DNA of 63,561 bases, filler included, from Vannella sp. (GCA_023345925.1; 7 parts of 7 records of this genome joined end to end with filler, not necessarily neighbours in it), one strand, 5' to 3'; counted from the whole stretch's first letter, positions 45,590 through 58,664 are shown. The notes: a model not told the origin generated them from the letters alone. Translations and numbers: made by a program.

Positions 45590-47150
45590 GTTTCACACCT
45601 TGCAGAGGCCCTCTTCTTTATCAGAGGTGTCCACAAAGACACCGTACATGTGAATTGCTCTCAAATGGCCGCATTGAGCGACAATCTCTGAGAATCCAGA
45701 GAGACTCAAGCGGGAGCAGAAGGAAACATCGATCTCTTAGAGTCGAGGGCAAGCTCGACTCACTGTCAAGAGAAATAGATCATCAATGGACGTACCACTG
45801 AGGTTTAGGTGGGTCAAACGACCTCCCACACGGTACAACAGCTCTGCGAGAGAACCTCCAACCGACACATTCACCAAAGAGAGGCGTCGAAGAGGAGCTC
45901 CACAAGAGGCAAGGCCACCAAGAGTGGCATCTGATAGTACACAGTTGTGAAGCTCCAGATCCTCCATGGATTGGAAGGAAGCTATCAAATGCTCCAGGGA
46001 TCGGGACGAGAATCGGAAGCAGCCGCTCGCGTGGAACTGGGTGAGGTGGGGAGCGTGATGCTGAAGAGAGGAGATATCACTCTCAGTGATGTTCGTCATT
46101 CCTGAGACGGAGAGCATGCGAAGAAGGGGGCTGCAGAAGGAGGAGATCATCTGCAATGCTTTGGAGGTGAGACGAGGGCATCCTTCCACGTTTACTTTCC
46201 CCCCTGCAGTCTCTTTAAGAGCTTGAAGGAGGCCAGAGTCACTGAGGTGGGGGGGGGGAACATGACAGATCCAAATGTTCCAATGCAGCAAGGCCAAGAG
46301 GGAAGAGTGGAGTGTAGTCCTCCTCCTTCATCCATACACATCCTCTCAATGAGAGATGAGACAGAGCCTCTTGCTGTATGGTGCCCAAGGAAGCTCTGGC
46401 GGTGTCACAGGACAGACGTGGACAGTGTGAGATATCCACCCGTGAGATCAGGGTACAGTTCCCCCTGATCAGTACGTCCAACAGCGTGCCAGTGACTTGT
46501 GAGCATCCTCTTAAGCACAGACTGATGGGCTGAAGAGGCTCTCTTCCTTGGAGGGCGAACTCCCCTCGAGAAGCCAGTAGCTGGCGCAAAAGTCGCCCAA
46601 TCTCCTCTTCAGAGAGATGGAGGAACTTGTTTAGATGAACGTGGTACCAGTGAGGAGAAGAGGAGAACCACCAAAGCTGCTCAAACGTAAGCTCAGCTTC
46701 TTGAAGGAGATTGAACAGTATGTTAATCTGATCGCCAAGAGCAGATGCAGGCCCGCGCTGCAAGGCGCATCGAAGTACATCACCAGCGTGAATCTTCACT
46801 TGGTGCGAGGACAACTCTCTCAGGCAAGGAATTGAAGGTGTACCAACGGTGCGGAGCCTCTTTGAACTAGGAGCAGAGACAGGGTGAGGCTGTCGTTTAC
46901 CTAAACTACTCTTTGGCTGCTCTCTTGAGGCGATGTCCCCTGCAGGCAGCGCGGTATTGGAAGGCGTGGTGGACTAAGTGCCCACCGGTTGAAGAGGATT
47001 TAGCAGAGTAGGAGGATAGGGTTCCTGCGCAAAGGGTGGACTAAGAAGGGCACTCAGATTGAAGGAAAGCCGAACAGCAACAGAAGCAAACTCATCAAGT
47101 TGTTCCAGGTGGAGTTCTTGAGGCGGGGAGCTCATCCAAGAAGAAAGCAT
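45590..47150 (-). pseudogene. Cysteine-containing LRR (FBXL/AMN1-like) gene disrupted by a frameshift and an in-frame stop
   Basis: LRR units LCLRGCSQVT, VDISHCPRL, LSLRGC and LNLSGTSIDD. The frame breaks at the G10 run 46249-46258. An in-frame TAA at 45737-45739 is followed by more LRR (EIDVSFCSRLS). Confidence 0.6.
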
Positions 47151-47309
47151 GCAGCCAGCAGGATGTTCTACCAACCTTTAAATCACATGGGAAGGGCAAT
47201 GCTCAGTTGGTTCGGCGAATGAGGCCCGAAACACATTGCTTCGTGCTTCCGCGAACGAGGAACATGATTCGGCTTTCTTTCAGAATTCAACTCTTCGAAA
47301 ATATTGGAA

Positions 47310-47332
47310 GAATTTTCGAGAATTTTCGAGAA
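47310..47332. promoter_or_regulatory. Perfect heat-shock element, 5 alternating nGAAn units
   Basis: GAAttTTCgaGAAttTTCgaGAA, about 25 nt upstream of the ATG at 47358. Confidence 0.55.
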
Positions 47333-47357
47333 TTCTTCCGGGTTCATTCTTTTTGTC

Positions 47358-50109
47358 ATGCTCGCTGGAGAACCACCCCGGAAGAAGCCCAAGCTGAATG
47401 TGAGAAGGTGACCCCTCTTGGATGGACTAACTTACTCTGCACAAGGAAAACCACTATTTGGAAGTCCTCCGATCTTCTCTTAAGAGCTGGGAGTGTTCCA
47501 ACAGCCCACACCAAGAAGAATTCTTGGAACTGCTCTCTGGTATGCTCCAGCCCCCAGTCATGCAATTATTCATTGTCGTTGTTTACCCCATGTCACAGAG
47601 CACTGCCCTGATCATTTCCCCGACAATGAAGCGTGGCGAAAAGTCTGTCTCTCCGAGAAAGCCAAACAGGAACTCCTGTTGGGTTTTATGTTACACTTGT
47701 ACCCTGCCGCGAAGCAGTTCCTGGAAGCAAAACAGCCTGTTCGTAGCAATCCTTGTTTTTGGTGATTCTGACTGTTAGCAGGACTTGTGGGACCCTGGTT
47801 GTGAGCCCCCTGCCTGTATCGCTGAGTTCATCCATGTGATGCACCGAGAAGCCAAAGAAACGGTCCATCTCCGCAAGGATTGGAGGGATTTCACGAAAAT
47901 CGCAGTCACCAAGTTGACAAAGGAGGATGTGAGATTCGAGGGTGGCTTTGTGGGCTTGGATGATGTGGTAAAGGATGCTCTTTATGGAAAGGCTTCATCT
48001 ACCAATCGGCCTGCTCTTGTGATGGTGAATGCTCCGTCAGGCAGTGGCAAGAGCGCCTTGGTCCAATATGCTTGTCAAGAGGCTTCGAAGAGGTACTTTG
48101 CTCTGGCAATCACTTTCAATATCTGGTCGAAGGATGAAGAGTTCAACTTATCTTTAAGGGATGAGCATGGGAATCCTCTGGTCTTCACGACAGTAAACGG
48201 CCTTGTGGTACGGCTCCTGTGGCGATTTCTGGCCGTGGAATACTCGAGCGACTCCCTTCAGGATACTGAAAAGGGTAATTTTACTGATGTCCGCAAAGCG
48301 TTTGCAAAGTCACCCACCCTCATGGCGCTCACTGTGGAGAAGGTGATAAAAGCCATCCTAACATCAACAGACGCCAAGGAGAAAGCATTCATTTTTGTGG
48401 ATGAGCCGGCCATGGCAGCGGACCAGAATGCTTCCTTGACCATCAGTCAATCATCCATGGCCAGGAAGCTGGACCTTGGTGATCTGGCAGTCACCTGGTT
48501 TTTTACTTCCTTGCAGCCCCCTTTTTCTGAAGCTAATTCGGCTAAAGAGACTGAATCTGGGTCCCCCATCACTTGGGTGACCGTGCCCACTCCTGCTTCC
48601 CTCAATATGGAACATTTGATCTGCGAGTTGGACTTTATTAAGAAGATGGGGAAGCACACTGTTGGCAATCCATATCCACTCATTGCGAAGATGGTCATGT
48701 TGTACTCTGTGGGTCATTGGAGGACTCTGACCAATTATTTGGGAGCTATCAAGTGCTTGGGTGGCATCGTGCCCGCTCCTCTACCCCGGATCTACCAGCA
48801 GAATCTGATCGACTGCGTGGCTTCGATAGATCCCAACACAACAGAGGCCGATCCATGCCCTCCATCATGGATCGCGCGAGCGGTCCTTGGTGTGAAAGTC
48901 TCTCCCATTACCGAGTACGAGGGCACTTCCTTGGTCCTTTTGGCCAACAAGAGAGGGGTGTGGAACACGGTCACTGCCAAATGTAACCGGTACACTCCTC
49001 AAGTACCGAGATTGCCGTTCATTCCTCTCATCCAGTGGTTCGAGAACAAAGACGCCACGGACCCATCTTGGGAGCATGAACTTTGGAAGCAGCTCAAAAA
49101 TGTTCTTTTGTGGGCAGGGCATGGCACCCCCAAGTGTGAGAAGCCACCGCCTCTGGCATTCGAGTTGGTGTCCGCTCACTTCTTGGCAGCAAAAGTAGCC
49201 TCTTGGAATCTTCTTGACAAGGAAGTTCAAGACGCCTTGCCACTCTCAGGTCCGCTCTACTCTTTGCCTGCCAGTGGCCTTTCGAATGCGATGTCTGCCA
49301 TCTTCCCTGAGCACGAGCGCCTTCGAGGCCCACTCCTCACTATCAAACGGCCAAGACAGCTCAGAGTTCTCCTTTTGGATACCAGCTTTCTGGGCCAAAA
49401 GGGTGTGCTCGAGTTCAAGAATGCCACAAACCTTGCGGATCTAGTAGCAGGGGATCTGGTACTGCCAGGAACCCAGAACCAACCCTACGCTGACCTGTTG
49501 TGGATCGTGGAGGATGACAGCCAGGTGCTGCACTTGGTCTTCATCCAGTTCAAGTACTCCCAAAAGAGCGCACCAGCTTCACTGGATGGGAAGACCATCC
49601 GAGAAGCGTTGAACAAGTTGGTGAAAGACCGGGGCACTTTGTTCGAGGTGCCCAAGCCTGCTCAGTCGAAGAACCTCATTGGGCGTTTGGGTGTGCCAGA
49701 GAAGCGCGTGCACTTGCTCTTCTTGGGGCTTCGGGAGATCAGTCCTGCCATCGAGAAGATGGCCGCTTCTATTTGGCCCGAACACCAAGTGAATGCCCCC
49801 ACTTTTTGGACCGGCTTAGATGAAGACAAGCCAGAAAAGTTCTCACTTCACAAGTGGAACAAATCGCAACTTGAAGAAGAGTGCGTTCGCCTGAAGATCA
49901 GCCTCCCCGAGCAAGTAAACAAGATCCAAATGATCAACTGGATCCGCAACCAACCACAACCGCCCCCGAGCTCGCTTTTGCTCGAACTCCCGAAGGAAGA
50001 CTTCCAAGGGGGTCTCATTGTCTCAAAGGGGCTCGAAGGAGGGCGCGCCTTCTTTGGTCCCAGCTTTGAAACGTTGGCGCTTCTCTTTCCTTGCTTCCAT
50101 GAAGGATGA
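47358..50109 (+). CDS. Crinkler/RHS-like P-loop NTPase + restriction-endonuclease-fold protein, with three short 5' exons
   Basis: Exon 1 MLAGEPPRKKPKLN (NLS-like); Walker A APSGSGKS; Walker B FIFVDE; GHWRTL; C-terminal NQPYADLLW...LVFIQFKYS (D...QxK nuclease core). Confidence 0.7.
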
Positions 50110-51188
50110 ATAAGAATGGATACTCAATGAACTCCACGGGTTTATTGTTTGAAGAGGCGGACACAGACTCATCCCTTTTCTCTCATTCAATAAACGACTG
50201 TGAAGCTCCTCAGAGGACGAGGTTGCCCCCGGTTACTGATCGAAAGATTTAATGTACCAGAGATGGCCATCTCTAGACCTGGTCATCATCAGAAAACATC
50301 TGTGAGGACCAGTCGCGGTCTTGAAGGCGAGGCGCCCTTCTCCTCCCAGTCTGGTAGGTTTTTTGGTGCCCTTTGGTGTTCATGCGCCAGCCAGCTCCTT
50401 TGCCATTCGACAGAGTGGGTGAGCTTTCTCTTTCCTCCTTCTTAGGAGAGAATGATGCACGTCCCCGGAGGGCAGCGAGACGTCACAGTCCCAACGTGCT
50501 GCTTCCGAAAGAGCGCCTCTGGAGGGTATCACTCGTAACTCTCGTACAAGGCCTGGCTTATGGCTTCCACAACGCCCACAGGGGAAGTCCCTGACGGGCA
50601 CTGGATAGCAATCTCTCCGTTGACCTCGAGAATCCCATCTTGGATGAAGGGGAGATCTTCCATTGCTTCCTTGGTCACTTCTCCGGCTGTGAGCCGAGTG
50701 CCAGATCCAGTTCGTTTGAGAAGTCCAGAGAACCAAGTCCTGGGGGAGCCAGCCTTCTTGTCAAATACAATACACCAACATGGCTAAGTAAGAAGGTGGC
50801 TTCGGTCACCTTTTAGTCTTTGTTAGAGCTTCTCCTTTTGAGTCCTCAGGAAGAACTTGATCGTTCTGGTCTGGTGCTTGAAAGGAGGGTCCATCGAGAG
50901 TCCTATCAACACAGAACAAATCATCCAAGGATTCAAAGACAAGCCCTGCGTAGTAATAGTCGTTCAAGCCAAGTTGTGGGTGCGTATCTGGAGGATGCAC
51001 AGGCTTATCGGCTATTTCTCAAGAAACTAGGCTGGACAACGGCTGAATACCGTGCAAATCTATCTCTGCATAAAAACTTGGCGCGAAGGAGAAGGGAATG
51101 AAACGCATTCGGAAGATTCATTCTCTTTTGCATTTTACCGGCTGCATGAACTGGCGATTGCCCTGCTCAGTTCCAGCCGATAGCCAAA

Positions 51189-51288
51189 NNNNNNNNNNNN
51201 NNNNNNNNNNNNNNNNNNNNNNNNNNNNNNNNTTAATTAATTAANNNNNNNNNNNNNNNNNNNNNNNNNNNNNNNNNNNNNNNNNNNN
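51189..51288. other. Artificial contig spacer
   Basis: N-run/TTAATTAATTAA/N-run. Confidence 0.98.
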
Positions 51289-51711
51289 ATTTCCTAATCG
51301 GGTTCTCCCGATCATGGTTAGATACAGAAATTGCCACCGATCTATGGTTAGTTTACGTAATACCTCTTCTCTTGACCAGTCGGTGAATTCTCTCTTTCGA
51401 ACGATGCAATAAGAAACGGGTTGGCAGAGCCAGTGTGAAAAGTGTCTTGCCAATCAATAATTCACGATGTGCTTGGTCCCCCTTGGTTAAGCCCTTTTGT
51501 GTGTCTGGCTTGGCATGCACCGTTGAGGAACAGAGCAGCTTTGACTATCCAGCCGAACCAACCACACGAGAGGTGCGGGAAGGCTAAAAGAAAGCATCAA
51601 GAGGATGATCATTTGTTGTTCGGCTGGCGGACGCGGTTGGGTGAGTGGGGTGAGGGCGGCGGGATGGGGATGGGCGTACATGTGTTCATGGATTGATTGG
51701 CAAAGTAGAGG

Positions 51712-54700
51712 ATGAACGAGGATGAGGACTGCAACATTCGAGTCATCTGCCGCTTCCGTCCTGTCAACAAACGAGAACTTGCTGAGGGAGGAGGCTTAGC
51801 GAAGCAACTCACCTTCCCAACAGAGAAGAGCGTCGAAGTAGCAGCTTTCAATGGACGACCAGCCAATACCTTCAACTTTGATCGAGTTTTCCATGACCCA
51901 GACACAACCCAGAGCGACATGTACAACCTGGCGGCCTTCCAGTCCATCAACGACGTCATCAACGGCTACAACTCGACCATCTTCGCCTTTGGACAGACCG
52001 GTGCTGGCAAGTCCTGGACGATGTTCGGAGATATCATGGTCCTAGAGAAGAAGGGAATCATTCCTCGCGCTTGCATGCACATCTTCGACCACATCGCCAA
52101 GGACACAGAGGGCACAGAGTATACTATCAAGTGCTCGTTCCTTGAGATCTACAAGGAGATCGTCAGGGACTTGCTGAACCCCGCTTCCAATGGAAGTAAA
52201 GGTCTCCGCGTGCGTGAGGCTCCTAACAAAGGTGTGTGGGTGGAGGGCCTTCATGAATCCTATGTTACGTGTGAGAAGGACGTGCTGGACCTCTTACAAC
52301 AAGGAGAAACTCATCGCGCGACCTCTTCCACCTCCATGAACGCTTCCAGCTCCCGTTCCCACTCCCTGTTCATCCTCACTCTGCATCAGAAGACACGTGA
52401 CGGTTCTACAAAGGAAGGACGACTTAATCTGGCTGATCTAGCGGGCAGTGAGAAGGTTGGCAAGACGGGGGCGACCGGCGAGACCCTTGAAGAGGCCAAG
52501 AAGATCAACCAGTCGCTCTCCGCCTTGGGTAACTGCATCAATGCACTCACAAAGTCAAACGCCAAGCACATCCCGTACAGAGACAGCAAGCTGACTCACA
52601 TCCTTCGAGAGTCGCTTGGAGGCAACTGCAAGTCAACGCTGTTGGTGGCCTGTTCACCTCACATCTTCAACTTAGAAGAGACTGTATCTACGTTGATGTT
52701 CGCCAAGCGAGCGAAGACTATCAAGAACAGTGTGAAGGTCAATAAGCAACGAAGTGTGGAAGAGCTGATGGGGATCATCGAGAAGCTCAAGAAGGAGCTT
52801 GGATTCGTCAAGAAGTACGTTTGCATCTTGGAGCAGGAGCTTGAGAAGACCAAAGGGCCCAACTGGAGGGATGACCTTCCCAAGATTGCTCAACTTCGTC
52901 AACCAGAGCCTGCCCCGCAGGCCCAGCAAGCTACAGAAGAGAGCGAGAGCGCTGACACATTCAGTGACGCAGAGGACGTTGAGGAAGAAACTGGAAAGGG
53001 CGAAGGAGATGACAGCGACCCTTCGTCCGCCGAGCCAGCCCCAACCCTTGTTCGCAGAAGGACCAGAACCGAAGAAGAGCGCGTCTATTCATCTTCCGCT
53101 GATTCTTCTCTCAAATTGGCCGAGCTGCAAGTAGAGCTGAAGAAGATCCGGGAGCAAGCACGCCTGGATATCGAAGATCTTCGGGAAGAGGTAAAGTCAC
53201 TTACTCAAGACAGTGACGAGTCAGAGAAGATCCTTCTGCAAAAGAATGAGCTTATCAAAGAGCGTGATGTGGAAATCAAGCGCTTACGAGATGAACTGGA
53301 AACACAGCAACAAGCAAAGGCCATCGCGGAAGAGAAATTGCGTTATTCTATTACCCAGCTGACGCTCAAGGGAGAGGAGCAGGTAGAAGCGATTGCATCT
53401 ATGACTGAGCATACTGTTGAGCTGAAGAAGAAGATCGATACCACTATGCAGGAGCTTGAAGACCTTCGTTCTGAAAAAGAAAAGCTTCAACGGGATCATG
53501 ATCGAATGCTGCGCGAGCGGGAGGAGTCAAACACCGTTCTTATGCGAAAAGCTGAGCGTATTGAGAATCTTGAAGCTCGCATGAGAGATCACGAACAGAC
53601 CTCTGAGCTTCTCCAGCAACAATGCACTCAGTGGGAGAGCAGTAGTAAGGCCCTACAAGGAAAGGTGGACGTGCTGGAAGGCAAGCACTCAGCGCTCCTT
53701 GCTGCTTCGAGAGAAACGGAGTCCAAGCTACGTTCGGCTTTGAACGCCAAAGGACTCCTCGATGTTCGAGTGCAGGATCTTACCAACGACCTTGAAGCTG
53801 CTGAGTTAGAGCTGAAAGAGCTCAGAACCGTATTGGAAAAGGCTCAAGAGTCTAAAGAAGCCGTGCAAGAGGCGGGTCAAGAACGTATTGAAGAGCTCCT
53901 GACCCATTCAGTCCCTCTGGCTGATTACGACCGGGTTACCAAGGAGAAAGAAGTCTTCCGCTCCAAGATAGCTGAGTTAAGAGCACAAGTGACTCAAGAG
54001 CGCGAAACTGTTTCCAATCTTCGAGGAGAGCTTGAAGAAGCATCTGACAAGCACAAAGACGAAAGAGATGAACTCTTACAGTTGCTGCAATCCGAGAAAG
54101 AGTCTCACGAGCAGCAGATCACAATATTGGAGGGAAAATTAGCAGAGCTTACAGATGGCAGAAAGGCAACAACCAAGCACATGCAGGATGAGATTTCTTC
54201 TCTTACAGAGCAGCGTGATGCCGAAAAGGCTTCTCGACAGATGATTGAGCAAGAGCTTGAGGCTCTTCAAGAGGGAAGCTCAAAGACTGAAAAGCTCTTG
54301 CGCCGTGCCAATGCTTCCTTGGAAGACGCTGGACATGAAATGAAACAGCAGGCAGCCACTTTGCAGAGCCAAAATCGATCTCTTGAAGCTCAAGCGGAGC
54401 GGTAAGCTCTTTCACAACATTGAGGAGTTGGTTAACCAGGGAATTAGGATAAAGCAGCTGGAACTTGAGCTAGATGAAAGTGCAAAGGACCGTGAGATTC
54501 TTCAACAAGAGATTAAGACTGCCCTCGAGATCAATATTGAGAACGCTAAGCAGTTCGAGAAGCAGGTGGGTGCTCAACCATTACTTGATTGTCAATTAAC
54601 CTGGAAGTCATCCAGATTGAAACAATTCGCGTTGATGCCCCTCGAAGAGTCCCTCAGAACATTCGCGTACCAGTTACACAACCAGAAAACCGAGGAATTA

Positions 54701-55107
54701 TTGCTTCATTGTTTGGAATCAAGCAGTATCCTCTTCTCTCAGAGATTGTTGAGCCTATCAAGTTTGGCTACATGCTGAAGAGGAGTACTTGGTTGAAGAA
54801 GTGGGAGAAACGCTGGTTTGTCTTGGTTTCCGACCGCATTTTCTATTTCGACACGAACAATGCGGCCACTCGAGCCACTGGTGAGATTGAGCTTGAAGGG
54901 ACCCGCGTAGTCCCTGCTGGCGAGTTTACTGGTCGCCCCAATACCCTCGGTATCTTGCACCCTCAGCGTGAATTCTACTTGCAAGCAGCTAACAAGGAAG
55001 AGCAAATGGACTGGATGGCAAAGTTGGCGACCATTGGAAAGGTCAATGTGAAGAAAGTGCCCCGTGGAACCCAAAGCGAGGCTAATCTTGCGGACCGCCG
55101 TTTATAG
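51712..55107 (+). CDS. Kinesin heavy chain (kinesin-1-like motor), long coiled coil and C-terminal PH domain; introns 54402-54447 and 54566-54615
   Basis: NIRVICRFRP, GQTGAGKS, SSRSHS, DLAGSEKVGKTGA, HIPYRDSKLT, AKTIKNSVKVN; tail KFGYMLKR...WEKRWFVL...FYLQAANKEEQMDWM. Both introns restore frame. Confidence 0.92.
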
Positions 55108-55290
55108 TCAAGTTAACCATAGGCTACTATTTCCCTTTTCTCCTTTATCTAAACTAATATCCAAAAGATGACAAATCATGCTTAGAGTGGAGATTCATGT
55201 AAAATCAAGTTGTAGTGGGTGGAATGAAGTCAACAGTGGAATCAAGTCGGCAAATGGGAAGAAAGTCATGAGTGGGGGAAATAGAGTCAT

Positions 55291-58200
55291 TCACAGTTGA
55301 GCCGTTTCGTTCTTAATCCCTCTGAGTAGGAGATACTGGCGAACTTTTCTTGCTCGGTAGTAAACTTCAATCAAGACAGAAGCAATAAGGCAACAGCAAA
55401 TAGCACCAGCAACAAATCCAATCGTAAGGTATTGGTAAACGCGTTCTTCAGAAAGGGAAGAGGCGCAAGGATCTGAGGGTCTTCTATTCTCTCCAGTTTG
55501 TAAGAGCAATGCGAAGTTGGTGAGGTGATCCGTCCTGCCACAAAGAAAATTCTTCTGAGCAACAAGACAGCGGTCCTGACATTGCCATTCGCTTGTAGTC
55601 TCATTGTAAAAGCCAAGACAATCTCGTTTCTGACACACACGTTAGTTAAGGAGATCTTACGTTACACTCTCACCTTTCCCATCAGATCCTTGTCAATACA
55701 AATCTGCATCTCGGAGGAAAGTTCCGTCACTAGGGCTCTTTTCTTGGCAAAAATGGAAATGTCAAGTGTGAGACCTCCCAAGTTCCAAGATTCTGGATCA
55801 CAAAGGTCCCCTTGCTGCATGATAACTTGAAGTAATCCCCCAGGGGCGATTTTCGGATGCAGTGAAATCGCACCAATCCAGGAATTGTCCAATGGGGAGA
55901 ATAGATCGAATTGTTGGCTCTTCAAGTTGAAGTTTTCAGAGATATTAAATCGATCCAGATGAAATCTAACAGTTTCTCCACAAAAGACAGTAGTGGTAGC
56001 AAGGACCGAAGGAGTGTTTCTGATTGTTTCTAGCTCAGAGATCGAGCTCTCAGTCACCATGAAGGACGGCATGGGAATGAAAGTGGGCGATTCCGCATCG
56101 CGGCTCTTCATAGAGTTAATCTTTGAAATGGATTCAGAGCTCTTGCCAATGCTCGAAGAGATTGTTGGTAATCTGAATAGACTCGGGGATGGATTTCGGC
56201 TTGCCATAGAGCTCTCTGAACTCCTGCTGAGACTTTGAATGTTGCCAGTACCTTCAGGTGAGAGAGAGGGACTCTTTGAGATAGGAAATTGCAAACTCTC
56301 AGTGGGAAGGGAACTCTGAGAAATTGAGACTGATTGGACGATGCCTGCACTTTCGCTCATACTCTTTCCGTTACTCTCACTGATGATTGAGCTTCTATCG
56401 ACCGTTTGACTGTCATTTGGGGTCTGGCTGACGTTATTGATCATACTGACGCTTGGTAGATTACTGATAGTCGTACTTTGACTGACACTTGCGCTGTTGC
56501 TGATGCCAGTGCTCTTTAGGATACTTGGAATCTCGCTCACACTTGAACTTGTGCTGCCACTGGCACTTGGAGCCTCACCAACACTTGGGGTCTCACTCGC
56601 GCCTGTGCTCGTACTGACACTTTGACTATCGCTCGCACCTTTTCCCTTACTGCTAGTCGAACTGTCTGTGTAACTCGCAATCTCACTGATGCGTGCCGTC
56701 TTACTGGCAGTTAGGCTGCCACTTATGCTTGAGCTTGTACTGACAGTAGAACTTTCACTAACTCTTTGGCTCTCTCTGAGACTTGAACTCTCAGTTGTGC
56801 TGTGACTCAAAGAAGGACTGAACGATGGTCTTATCTGGGACGAAACTGAGAAAGATTGAGTTTCAGAGGGTGTGAATGTTCCAGAAGGTGAGGTAGATGC
56901 AGAAGGAGATGTTGAAAAGGATAGAGATAATGTGATGGATGAAGAATCACTAATAGAAGAGTTCATATCAGCTCCATTTGGATCGTACAAAAAGAAGAAA
57001 GAAGTATTGCAAAAAGCACTCATTCCAGCAGCATCGGTCACTTGGTAGATTACATAAACAGTTTGATTTACTCTTGAAGGGGATTTCAGAGTTACACAGA
57101 CCTTCGAATCAGTCATGCTTGTATCGGGACTCTTCAAAATGACATTCAGTTGATCCAGAGGAAGATTAGGATCATTCAAACTCACACATCCGTCACATTG
57201 CTCATTTTGTCCACAATGAACAGATTGATTAGTAGAGCAAAAAGGTGGATGGTTGGTTATCAACTCATACATGAATGATCCAGACATTGACTTGTCTTCG
57301 GTTATTTGTAGCAGAAAGGCTGGGATCCCTCCAGCAGCAAACTCTCGGGGATAAAGGACACTTCCATTATTGTAGCGGTTGTGAGTCGAAGGATTAAGCA
57401 AAACCACCTCTGGTTTTGTAGTCAGAAGCAGCACTCTATCTTGGAGTGGTCCCATCACAGAAAGGTCCAACAGGAATGTAGACGGAGACAATGGAGACTC
57501 AATGACTAGCTGAGGGTGGAGAACTCCTCCAAGTTGTAGCAAAAGAGTAGAATTAAAGTTTGAACTGAAATTTGGTAGGATTGATGCTGGAGAGCCAAAA
57601 GGTTGAGGTTCTGGAATGAGAATTATGCCTTCACCCAGCAGCTCAATGTCTTCCATAATCCGAAAGTTGCTCATGCGTAAAGTCGTATTGGCTTGAATTC
57701 TCAGATGAGAGAGCACTCCTCTAACGAGATGAGTTCCCAGATTAAGGTTAACCACACTGCTGATTAATGAAGTGTTGAAGTCCCGAAAAGCGGTGGAATT
57801 CCCAACAACATAAAGCTCAAAAGATCCGCCAAAGAACGTAGAGAGGAGAAACTCAACTTGTCCCCCGATAGCGTTCAAAGTGAATGGCCTATAGATACAC
57901 CAGATAACGTCAGCAGTATGTTCGGTCTCACCGCAGCCTCTTGCGGGATCAGAATAAAATGAGCTATTTGATACAAAAATATCGGAGGCCCAGATGCTGA
58001 GGTTTTCCACATACTGTGGATCTGAAACAAGATTCTGAGAGGAAAGAGTCACGGATTGGAAGTGTTGTTCTTGTCCTCCAATCTATTTCATCTATCAGAG
58101 ATGCTATGCCGTTAAAAGGTACTCACATCCTCAACGATTTCAAGAGAGGGGGAATCCAGGGTGATTCGATTGATCCCCAATCCAGAATTGTAAATCCGAC

Positions 58201-58398
58201 CAACTGTCAAGCTCACGGAAGATTGTAGCAGAAACGAGGGGCTCTGATTGCTAGAACAATTCACATAAAAAGAAGGAAATACAGCAGCATTTGTAACCAA
58301 AGCAGATCCACAAAAAGAGTATGAGCTGCCTCTGTCGAGAGTGATAGAATTGAGAGTCAAGTTCCCTTGGATAGCAAAGGAGCGAACCTGGAGGGATA
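55291..58398 (-). CDS. Large single-pass surface glycoprotein with Ser-rich stalk and juxtamembrane GPS/GAIN-like motif; 5' end truncated by contig edge
   Basis: Many NxS/T sites; Ser/Thr-rich region about 56100-56960; CLGFYNETTSEWQCQDRCL...CGRTDHLTNFALLL, then one TM helix (YLTIGFVAGAICCCLIASVLI) and a short basic tail; intron near 55631-55673. Confidence 0.8.
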
Positions 58399-58498
58399 NN
58401 NNNNNNNNNNNNNNNNNNNNNNNNNNNNNNNNNNNNNNNNNNTTAATTAATTAANNNNNNNNNNNNNNNNNNNNNNNNNNNNNNNNNNNNNNNNNNNN
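58399..58498. other. Artificial contig spacer
   Basis: N-run/TTAATTAATTAA/N-run. Confidence 0.98.
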
Positions 58499-58664
58499 GC
58501 ATTACTCGCCTGTTACCGTGCAGTCCATTATGACCTGATATTCTGCTGAGCTGACGTGCACGCCCTTCTCGCTCATCCTGGATTATGTCAGCGTTCGACT
58601 TGGATTTCTGTATTTCAATAGAGAGATTGTTCAAGCCATGCTTTTGAAATGGGTTCAGTTAGTG

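Noticed and set aside
45737..45739. In-frame TAA as evidence of stop-codon reassignment
   Set aside because: RPL32, SF3A1 and CrtW end in TAA at the expected positions, other genes end in TAG or TGA, and multi-kb ORFs have no internal stops. The code is standard.
50200..51101. Possible spliced plus-strand hypothetical gene
   Set aside because: Short ORFs without recognisable domains; model not supportable.
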